From assembly GCF_006345805.1 (NCBI RefSeq), contig NC_042998.1, positions 91,574,001 to 91,638,000 of the forward strand: a stretch of 64,000 bases of DNA. Direction: 5' to 3'. Origin of the DNA: Octopus sinensis. Its lineage: Eukaryota. The translations under genes and the position numbers were made by a program. Positions 40,333-51,423 of the stretch are shown here, in pieces (the stretch's first letter is position 1; every line of letters starts with the position of its first letter). Under the pieces are notes generated by a model, which saw nothing but the letters and a program-made list of their open reading frames with translations, was not told the origin of the DNA and searched no databases.

Positions 40333-41067
40333 GTTTGTATTTAATAATTCAATTATATAATTTTAAAATACTTAAAGCATTCATATCTTATTTGTATTAT
40401 ACTTATTTACATGTATGATACAATTTTTGAAAGGAAACAACAGCTAACGTTCTATATTACAAACTATCTTACTATAACCATGTTTTTGTTGTAACCATTT
40501 TGGTCTAAGAAGTTTTATATTGATCACTTAAGACTGAGACTGGGTGTGCTAGTTTTCAATCTTGTCTTGGACCTTGGTACACACTTTCCCCACAGTAGTT
40601 AGATTTGTGGGATGCAATTTGGCAGTCTGGATATGTAACCAGTCTGCAGTCCTTTGATATATCCAGTGATTTTAGTGGTGATTAAAGCAGAGAAAGGGAA
40701 AGTTGGCTTACTCAGTACATTGTAGATTCAGTTCTCTCTGGTAATCCACATTCTTCTCAACTTTTAGAACTCAGCAGAGAATAAGATGTCATGTATGAAC
40801 AACTACTCAAACAGTTTACTGAAAATAGCCAGCATTTTCTTTTGAGAGAGTGGTCCTTCCTGTTAAATCATTTCCTCCAGCAATATGGAATTATCCACAT
40901 AAAATATCTGTAAAATTATAATCTGTAAAATATAAAAAGAGAGAATAAGAGATGTAAAAGCTTTTAGGGATTATTTCAATAGATCTGGGAAAATTTCTTT
41001 TCTTTTCTCATAGCTTCTTGTAGATTCTGTGTTTAAGACAAAGCAATTGATAAAATAAATTCTCATG

Positions 41068-41244
41068 AGCGTAGGAGTGGCTGTGTGGTAAGGAGCTCGC
41101 TTACCAACCACATGGTTCTGGGTTCAGTCCCACTGCTTGGCACTTTGGGCAAGTGTCTTCTACTATAGCCTCGGTCTGACCAAAGCCTTGTGAGTGGATT
41201 TGGTAGACGGAAACTGAAAGAAGCCCATCGTATATATGTATATG

Positions 41245-41342
<98 letters not shown>

Positions 41343-41552
41343 TTGTGTATCTGTGTTTGTCCCCCCAACATCGCTTGACAACCGATGCTGGTGTGTTTAC
41401 GTCCCTATAACTTAGCGGTTTGGCAAAAGAGACTGATAGAATAAGTACTAGGCGTACAAAGAATAAGTCCTGGGGTCGATTTGCTCAACTAAAGGCGATG
41501 CTCCAGCATGGCCACAGTCAAATGACTAAAACAAGTAAAAGAGAAAGATAAA
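41068..41552 (+). mobile_element. tRNA-derived SINE with internal (TA)n/(TG)n microsatellite
   Basis: Head ggagtggctgtgtggtaag...ggttctgggttcagtccc, core cttgggcaagt-like motif, tail ctccagcatggccacagtcaaatgac. A sister copy lies at 55483-55885. Confidence 0.9.
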
Positions 41553-41725
41553 GTGATAAGATATATGGTAATTTCAGATTGTAGCAGAAGCTTGTGCTAA
41601 TAAGATAAATAATAGTTGTTAAATAAAATTAAGATAGTGTAAAGGGAATACATTTTGTTTTGTAAAAACTTTTATTTTGAATTAATGACCATTATAATTA
41701 AAGTTATTTTTATTTTCTATTTCAG

Positions 41726-42023
41726 GTCAAACAACCTGGCGATAGGGCTCCTATTTTTGAAATTTCTCTGATTGATCAAACAGTTGAAGAAGGTGGATCT
41801 GTGTCTTTCGTATGCAAATACAGAGGTCAGCCAATTCCAAATATTACATGGTTTTATAACAACATCCCTATTGAAGATGGAGAAATGTATCATGTAATAC
41901 CAGGTGCTAATGAATCAACTCTGATGATTCCTGAAGTATTTCCAGAAGATGCTGGAACATACACTGTTAAAGCTTCTAATGACTATGGAGAAATTGTATC
42001 ATCATGTGTTCTTGATGTTTTAG
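41726..42023 (+). CDS. Ig I-set domain 2 (single exon)
   Basis: RAPIFEISLIDQTVEEGGSVSFVCKYRGQPIPNITWFYN...PEDAGTYTVKASNDYG; phase 0-1. Confidence 0.95.
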
Positions 42024-42610
42024 GTAATTTAGTTTATACTGTTTAATCTTGCTTGCATCATATTTTTTACATATATTAATATGATTAGAACTAAGGCAAT
42101 GATCTGGCAGAATTGTTTGCCTGTCAAACAAATTGCATATCAGCATTTCTTTTTGCTCTTTGCATTCTAAGATTTTCAGCTTTTTGGAGTTAATTTAATA
42201 AATTACCATTTAATGTAATCAAGTACCTACCGCCTCCAAATTTCAGATCTTGTGCCTATATTAGAAACAATTATCATGATTAGGACTAAAAACTTCTATT
42301 AAACTTTAAGGGTTATATTTTCATAGTTATAGCTTACACTAAGGAAATTTTATAGTTTTTTTTATATACTAGGAATATTAATGAAGCAAATTCTATTTTC
42401 TGCTAAATTTTATTTTTTAATAGTCATTTACAGTTTGATTCTATATTATTATTGGTTTAATTTTTGAAATATAATTATCTTTAGAAATAGTATTTTTATG
42501 ATAAATAAAAAAATAACTATTATGATTTAGTAATACATCAATTTCATTTTAAATGGAATGGGAACAATTTCTGTTTTTCATTGCATTTTGTTCTTAATTT
42601 TTAATTTTAG

Positions 42611-42690
42611 AATTTGCTGATCTATCTGAAGAGGAAGACATTGTTGAACAGGCTGCTGTAACAATACAAGCTGCCTACAGAGGTTTTAAG
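42611..42690 (+). CDS. Exon encoding the first part of an IQ motif (EFADLSEEEDIVEQAAVTIQAAYRGFK)
   Basis: ttttAG acceptor, GTAAAG donor, phase 1-0. Confidence 0.88.
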
Positions 42691-43943
42691 GTAAAGCTGA
42701 ATTTCTTCCCATTTCTTCTTAAAAGCAATTTACCCCCTTTTTAATTAAATATTTTCATTTTAATGATATGTACTCCAAAAGTATTCTCAAATATTTTATT
42801 TTCTATCTTAACATGTATGAAAAGAATAAAGGCATTTAGAGTAAACAATGTTTGAAAAAAATCTATTTATCAATGTTTCTGATAAGCACATAGCAGTATT
42901 AATATCCTTATAACAAGTCAAGTGTTCATAAAAATCTCTATTTTTAAATAAACATTTTACTTGTAAAAGGTAGCAAAAATCTTGCTTAAACATACTTAAA
43001 ATGAGGTCTTGGAATCTTTTTTTCTCAACCTGAAATAGTATTTAGATATGTTTATTTTTCATTGGAGTAAGTTAAAAGCTCAGGAATAAAACAAATTTTA
43101 TTCCAGTGATTTTTTAGAACTATTTTTATGTATTGATATGTTGTTATTAATGTTAAAGTTTCAAAGCTGTTCTTACAGCTAATAATTGTTGCTGTAACTC
43201 TCATAGGTCAGCATCCATTGTGTTTTATCCATTGAGGGATTGGCTATAGACCTAGTAAGATTCTAAGCTTCATGTTTGCAAAAAGAGGACTGTTTTCATT
43301 GCTGTTATAAGGATTCTCTTCTTAAGTTATCTGGAGAAGTTGGAGGACTAGATATTCTTCATCTCATTGAACATTTTCTAGTTAAAACCTCTAATGTGTG
43401 TCCCAAACATACCATGAAATTAGATCTCACTTCAGTAGCTTAAATTTGACAGTCTTGAATGTAGCTTACCATGAGTCTTGAATGATGCATGGTCAGCTAC
43501 ATTGTAAACCATGTATTTTGTCTACTTGATACTTTTGTATCACCTAGTTTATTTTCATCTTTACCTTAGTATTTCAGATTTCATCCAATAGCAAAAAATA
43601 TGTACATATATCTATGATTTTACAAATTACATTATAGTGTAAAGTTCTTTATTATTAGTTAATATCTATCTTCCATGCTGGAATGAACTGGATTATTTTG
43701 ACGGGACTGAATGAGATGGAGGAGTGAGTCATGCTCCAAAATCCACTTTAGCATGTTTTTTATAACTGGATGCCCTTTTTCACATCAACCACTTTACAGA
43801 GTGTACCAGGAGCTTAAGAATAATTTGATTTTGATTGAACTATTTCATAAAAAGTTCTTCTGTTATTACTTTTAAATGTATAAAAAGAAACTCGAAAGTT
43901 TAAATATTTTATAATATTTATCATTTTATTTATGCACATGAAG

Positions 43944-44018
43944 GCAAGAAAAGAAGTTGAGAATATCAAACAGACAAAGACAGTTTTTGCTGCTGAAGAA
44001 ACACGACATATTATTGAG
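43944..44018 (+). CDS. Exon completing the IQ motif (ARKEVENIKQTKTVFAAEETRHIIE)
   Basis: Weak AAG acceptor, but it supplies the terminal Arg of IQxxxRGxxxR; donor GTAGGG; phase 0-0. Confidence 0.78.
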
Positions 44019-44214
44019 GTAGGGTTGAATTTTCTATTCTCTATATTTAAAATATAATGTAAATAGTTTAAATACTGATCTCTTTGCTAAATAAAAGACA
44101 TAAATTAATTTCAAAACATCATACAGGAGGAGATTAAGATAAATATGGGTATAAATTATTAGTTCCTGCTTCACAGAGATCTATATTATATCTCTGTGAT
44201 AGAATGCAATAAAG

Positions 44215-44314
44215 TGTTCCCCTGATGATCCATTGTGGTTAGGCAGCTAAATGCACTTGAAACATTCAATGCTGAGTTCCAAATAACTACAGTGGTGAAA
44301 CGTGTGTAGGAACA
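44215..44314 (+). ncRNA. Putative type I hammerhead ribozyme (variant core) with long stem II
   Basis: CTGATGA 44222-28; 12-bp stem II (44230-41 with 44284-95); GAAAC 44297-301; minimal stem III; GTA triplet 44306-08; stem I tgttcc/ggaaca with one extra C; U.U at 10.1/11.1. Confidence 0.5.
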
Positions 44315-44613
44315 AATAATTTATTGTTGTGTTTATCATAATTTTTCCCAACATATGCTTTGTATATTATGACTAGTAATACTTCTAAGTACAAGGGTAA
44401 CTACCCACTATAATAAAAGCTAACTGGATAATGATAATCGATGTGAAGCTCTAACTCATACAGTAGCAGTCATACATTTAACTGTATGCACAAGATGTGA
44501 GTACATACATATATGTGTGTGTGTGTGTATGCATGTTTATGTACGTGTATATTACATATGTAATTAATATACTAGTACACTCACATGCACGTGTGTGCAT
44601 GCGCACACACACA

Positions 44614-44828
44614 TATAGGGTGACTATAAAGTCTGGATAGTTACACAAAGATACAAAGTTTCAATAATTTTAATCAACTACATTAATAAATAACATTTTC
44701 AACATGGTTTTTCACTACTAGTGATACAACGTTTGGTGTGCTTTGTGAGATTCACATGAATCTGATGCAGTAACTCTACAGTTCTCTCAATTTGAGTAGA
44801 TTCATTCAGACTTTTAGGTCACCCTATA
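44614..44828. mobile_element. Tc1/mariner-like MITE
   Basis: TIRs tagggtgactataaagtctg and cagacttttaggtcacccta, flanked by TA on both sides. Confidence 0.8.
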
Positions 44829-44949
44829 TATATATATATGTATGTATGTATATATATATATATATATTATATATATATATATATATATGTATATATGTGT
44901 ATATATATATATATATGTAAGTGTGTGTATATATATATGTATGTGTGTG

Positions 44950-44982
<33 letters not shown>

Positions 44983-44989
44983 ATATATA

Positions 44990-45088
<99 letters not shown>

Positions 45089-45272
45089 GTATATATATGA
45101 TATATATATATATATGTATATATGTATATATATATATATGTATATATATATGTATATATATATATGTATATGTATATATATATATAGTATATATATATGT
45201 ATATATATATATATATGTATATAGTATATATATATGTATATATATATGTATATATATATATATGTATATATG

Positions 45273-45307
<35 letters not shown>

Positions 45308-45415
45308 TGTATATATATATATATATAATATGTATATATATATATAATGTATATATATATATATGTATATATATATTATATATATATATGTATAATATAT
45401 ATATATATATATTAT

Positions 45416-45485
<70 letters not shown>

Positions 45486-45719
45486 GTATATATATAATAT
45501 ATGTATATATATATATATGTATATATATGTATATATATATGTATATATATATATATATGTATATATATATGTATATATATATATATGTATATATATATGT
45601 ATATGTATATATGTATATATGTATATATGTATATATGTATATATATGTATATGTATATGTATATATATATGTATATGTATATATGTATATATATATGTAT
45701 ATATGTGTATATATATATG

Positions 45720-45764
<45 letters not shown>

Positions 45765-46135
45765 AGTATATATATATATATATATAATATATATATATAT
45801 ATGTATATATATATGTATATATATGTATATATATGTAATATATATGTATAATATGTATATATATGTTATATATATGTATATATATAGTATATATATATGT
45901 ATATATATATGTATATATATATGTATGTATATATATGTATTATAATATATATATATGTATATATGTATATATAATATATTATATATATATATATTATATA
46001 TATGTATATATTATATATAATATATATGTATATATATGTATATATATATATATATGTATATATGTAATATATATGTATATATATGTATATATATATGTAT
46101 ATATGTGTATATATATATATATGTATATATATATG

Positions 46136-46169
<34 letters not shown>

Positions 46170-46184
46170 AGTATATGTATATAG

Positions 46185-46215
<31 letters not shown>

Positions 46216-46369
46216 ATATATATATATATATATTATATATATTATATATGTTATATGTATATATAATATATGTATATATATATGTATATATATATATATA
46301 TGTATATATATGTATATATGTTATATATATGTATATTATATATATATATGTATATATATGTTATATATG

Positions 46370-46400
<31 letters not shown>

Positions 46401-46402
46401 GT

Positions 46403-46441
<39 letters not shown>

Positions 46442-46587
46442 GTTATATGTATATATGTATATATATGTATATATGTATATATGTATATATATATATGTAT
46501 ATATTATATATGTATATATATGTATATAATATGTATAATATATGTATATATATATAATATGTATATTATATATAATATATGTATATA

Positions 46588-46634
<47 letters not shown>

Positions 46635-46978
46635 ATATATATGTGTATATATATATATATATATGGTATATATATATAATATATGTATATATATGTATAT
46701 AATATGTATATATATATGTATATATATATATGTATATATATATGTATATATATATTATGTATATATATATGTATATAATATATATATGTATGTATATATA
46801 TATGTAATATATATGTATATTATGTATATATATATGTATGTATATATATATGTATATATATATATATATATAGTATATATATATGTATATATATATGTTA
46901 TATATATGTATATTATATATATATATATATATATGTATAATATGTAATATATATATATGTATATATATTATATATATA
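44829..46978. repeat. About 2.15-kb degenerate (TA)n/(TATG)n microsatellite
   Basis: Direct reading; source of the Y/I/M/C-only ORFs. Confidence 0.98.
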
Positions 46979-47066
46979 AAATTAAGGGTAGAAATTGATA
47001 TTAATCAATTAAAACCAGTGGTCTAACATATTAAAAAGAATCCGAAGATTAAAATATTTTTATATA

Positions 47067-47234
47067 CCAATTAAGGACTGAACATGAAAAGTGGACAGTC
47101 AACATGCTAGATATAGAAGTGAAATCGCAATTCTCCACAAAGAGTATGTGGAGAATGGCGATCTGTGGAGAATGGCGATTTGACGTCTATATCTAGCATG
47201 TTGATTGTCCACTTTTCGTGTTCTGCCCTTAATT

Positions 47235-47236
<2 letters not shown>
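47067..47236. mobile_element. Hairpin MITE (about 73-bp arms, TA-flanked)
   Basis: ccaattaagg...ttctccaca (47067-47139) is the reverse complement of tgtggagaat...ccttaattgg (47164-47236); followed by (TA)n(TATG)n to about 47400. Confidence 0.85.
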
Positions 47237-47287
<51 letters not shown>

Positions 47288-47288
47288 G

Positions 47289-47367
<79 letters not shown>

Positions 47368-48098
47368 GTATGTATATATATATATATATATATGTATATA
47401 AATATCTGCATGTTCTTGTATGAATATGTACTTATTTAGAAATATAAACATCAATTAATGTTGTAAAGTAGTTATGAAAAATTAAACTCTATTAATTGCC
47501 ATTATAGTTTACTGTCCTAATTAAAATTTAGCAACTAATATTGATACACAGTTGATTAGTTTCTATGGTCATTGTAAACTTAATTATTATATATAAAAGC
47601 TTTATTTTATGTTATTCAAAACTTGATTGTGTGCTATTGCTATAGTTGATGGGCAGAGCTTTGTATTGCTTTATATGTTTGTAACTAGTTTTCTTCGCAA
47701 TGTTGCTTTGTATTATATGTTTAACGACTTTCTGTCCTGCAATTAGTTTTTTTTTTCATATTTTATGTGTAATTGGTATTTTATATGTAACTGTTTAGAA
47801 TATTTGCTTTCAGTGTTTATTATAGTAAAAGTCAAATTTGTTGTTCTTTAATGTATATTTGTTGTACTGTCTAATATGCTTTTTGCAGTTGTATTGTTCA
47901 GCATGATATAAATTTTCATGTGGTGCCAATATATATGTAGATGTAAATGATAGAATGTATAACTTCAAATCCATTATATTTTATACATAGATTGTAAATG
48001 AATGGTCAAATGTATGAAGTAAAATCTAACAAATATTGCTTCAAGGCACAATTTATATGTATGTATGTATGTATGTATGTATACACACACACACACAC

Positions 48099-48203
<105 letters not shown>

Positions 48204-48320
48204 CAAAGTTATTTTATTCCTGATAGGCAGAAATATAGGCAAAATAGAAGTTGAAAAGGCACTGAGGATAGTTAAAATATTTATTTGTTAATAGATTTAA
48301 AACTTTAACTGGTTTCATAT

Positions 48321-49860
48321 ATTTTCAAAACGTCGAAATAGAAAAACGTGGCTTATGTTGCAGCTGTCTAGCTTCTGACTAGTGTTTGAAGCTTGCCCTA
48401 TTTTTATAGGGACTTCATGGCTCAAATTAGTATATGGATTTATCACATGACTGGTCTTAGAAATTTTTGTAGGTTCCTCACTACGTCCATGTGTTTGTAT
48501 CAAGTGACACTGTTTGGCTTTGTAAGTTAAGGCTGCCATGGTTGACTGAACATGTCCAAACAATCAATGCTCTGAATGTTTTCTGTCAAGTGTTTGTAGA
48601 GAACGAACACATGATTAAGTTTATAACCTTTTGTACGTTTCCTGCTACGTCCGTCCGTCCGTGCAGATGTGTGCGTCCATAGGATTAGGCAGTCATCTAA
48701 GTAACATTTCTAGTTTTCAAGTAGATAAACGTTCAAGCCATATATTAATTTGGATTGTTCATATATCAGGACTTCCATGTATACCATGACTAGATTGGTG
48801 TAAGTCAGAGCAACTTTTGCCTTCATTGCAGTCCCAAATATTTGTTTGTAAATATTGCCATTGAAGTCAAAAAAGTTATTTTTGAGGATAAATTTTAATC
48901 CTTCAGTGATGAAACTCTTTTCAGTTCTGTCTGGAATTTCATGAGGGAATTTCTCAAGCCAGAGATTTATTGTCTCTAGTCCATATTAGCATGGGATTGT
49001 GGTAGAGAGGTTTACCACATCAAAAGATGCAATAGTGGTATCATTGTTTATGGGTTTTGAGAGGCTGTTTAACAGGTCCAGGTCATCTCTTACAAGACTT
49101 GGTATGTATTTTAGAATAGGTTTCAGTAATATATCTAAAAAGTTGCCGAGTCTGTGTGTTTCACAGTTTGGGCCTGCTGCAATTGGCTTAAATTTAAGGT
49201 GGGATATTGTATGTTTATGAAACTTGAAGTTGGTTCTTTACATGCATTCTTAATAGTTTGGTTCTTATGGATTTTTTGGAGACCATAGAAGTAGTTAGTC
49301 TTGCAATCAAATGGGTTACATAGTCACATTCGTTGTTTGTTAAACCACCTTTTTGATGTATGTGAATGAGTGTGTCCATTTTAATCATTATCTTTGATTT
49401 TTGGTAATTATGTACCTTTTTGTAGTGGGTCATATCTTGCAATATAGACAGTATATCTATTTTGTAGTGTTCAATATCGATAATAACTATAGCACGTCCC
49501 TTATCTGCTTCCTTAATTATAATGTTGTTATTGGTTTTCAGTTCCTGTATAATATCCCATTCCTTTTAGGGTGTAAGGGAAGGTAGACATAAAATCACAA
49601 AATTTATCTAAAGCTTTATTCTTACCTTTTGGAGGCTTGTAATTGTTCTTGTTTCTGCAATTGATTTGTCCCTGTTTTCTTAATCATACAATTCCTCTGT
49701 TAGGCATAGTTTTCTATCCTCTAGCAATCAAATTTTATTCAAAACATATACTAATTTGAGTCATGAACCCCCTATAAAAATAGGGCAAGCTTCAAACACT
49801 AGTCAGAAGCAAGACAGCTGCAACATAAGCCATGTCTTTCTATTTAAATGTTTTGAAAAT
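48321..49860 (-). mobile_element. Degraded Penelope-like retroelement: RT remnant between about 115-bp inverted repeats
   Basis: Minus-strand translation gives PIAAGPNCET, SFDVVNLSTTIP, YKQIFGTAM and YLDDC (YLDD at 48692-48703) with stops and frameshifts. 48321-48436 is the reverse complement of 49745-49860. Confidence 0.8.
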
Positions 49861-49975
49861 CAGTGTAAACTGTGAAACTGGTCAAAGCTTTGAATATATT
49901 AATAAAAAATATTTTAACTATTCTCAGTGCATTTTCAACTTCTGTTTTTCTTATAAACACACACACACTCACTCA

Positions 49976-50032
<57 letters not shown>

Positions 50033-50488
50033 ACACATAAATGTCAAACTCATGCTAGTATGGAAAGTGGGCGTTAAATGATGATAATGGTATGCATGTA
50101 TGTATGTGAATAATAGAGAGGAGTGAGAGTGTGCATGTGTGGGTTTGTGTATTGTGTGCATGTGTGTGAATGTTGGCTGCATATTATATGCGTGTGTATG
50201 TTGTCTGCATATTATGTGATATAATATATGTGTGTGTGTGTGTGTGTGTGTGTATGATACAATGTATCACATACAGATACATATACACATAAAACATAAT
50301 GCTATTTGGTAGGTGACTACTCTTTTATCATAAACCGTTTCCTATTTTTCAAGAAATTGTTTTTTGTTCCACTTGTTTTTGAAAGAAAGTACAGTGTATG
50401 TATATACTTGTGTGTGTGTGTGTGTGTGTGTGTGTGCATACATACATATGTAAGTGGAAATATAAGCAAAATGTGAGTATATATATAT

Positions 50489-50524
<36 letters not shown>

Positions 50525-51423
50525 GGTCAGAGGACATATGTATTGGTGTTCTATTTTAACAGGTGAATACATTCAAATGTTAATTAATCTTTATTCTTAT
50601 GTAATAGTTAATTAGCTTCACATATAGATGCCTTAGAATTCCATTTTTTTGTGGCACCTTTGAAATATGCTTATTTGTACCCGCAGCTTTTGTTGTTTGT
50701 AAATTATATTCTGAAGTTTTGACAATTTCACTTAATGTCAAATGTGTGTATTGTTTTTTACTTATGTTAAAACTATATTTTATTTCTTTTATGTGTTATT
50801 TTTTTATGATTCATATTTATATATTCAATATTTATTAAATATTTTATTGGGAATATTTAAATGTATTAAATATATATATTCTAGCTTTTTTAAATTAATT
50901 GTAGTTTTCTTTAATGAAATTTCATATATTTCTAAGCATTTTCAAAACACTATTTACTTGAAGTGCTTTTGATCACCTTTATTTTAAAGAAAATGTATCT
51001 CAATAGATATTTCTACCATTGAATTAGAATTGGTAATGATTATTCAAATTGCATTTAAAGTAAAAAGAAAACTAGAAAAGCCCCAAAAGCCAAGCCTATA
51101 TAAAATTTCTGTAACATTTGTAACTATAATATAGTTTTAACATAAATGTTGTCAAAACTGTGAAACATATGTTTCATTGTACAGCATGTTGTTTATTATG
51201 TTGATATTTATTGTTCATTACGTTGAAATTTATCAGTAGCTTTTATGTATTAGAAGTATGTTGTTTTGTCTTATATCTGTGTGTTCATGATATCTGTACA
51301 TGTGTCTGTGACCATCGCTGCTTTTAAATGCATGCATGACCGGCTGCCCACTGGCTGATTTGCTTTTTAAAATAACAACCAATTAAACTCTTGAACTTTA
51401 ATGATGGCTCACATTTATTAAAG

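Noticed and set aside
44838-47454. Long Y/I/M/C/V ORFs
   Set aside because: Translations of (TA)n/(TATG)n microsatellite.
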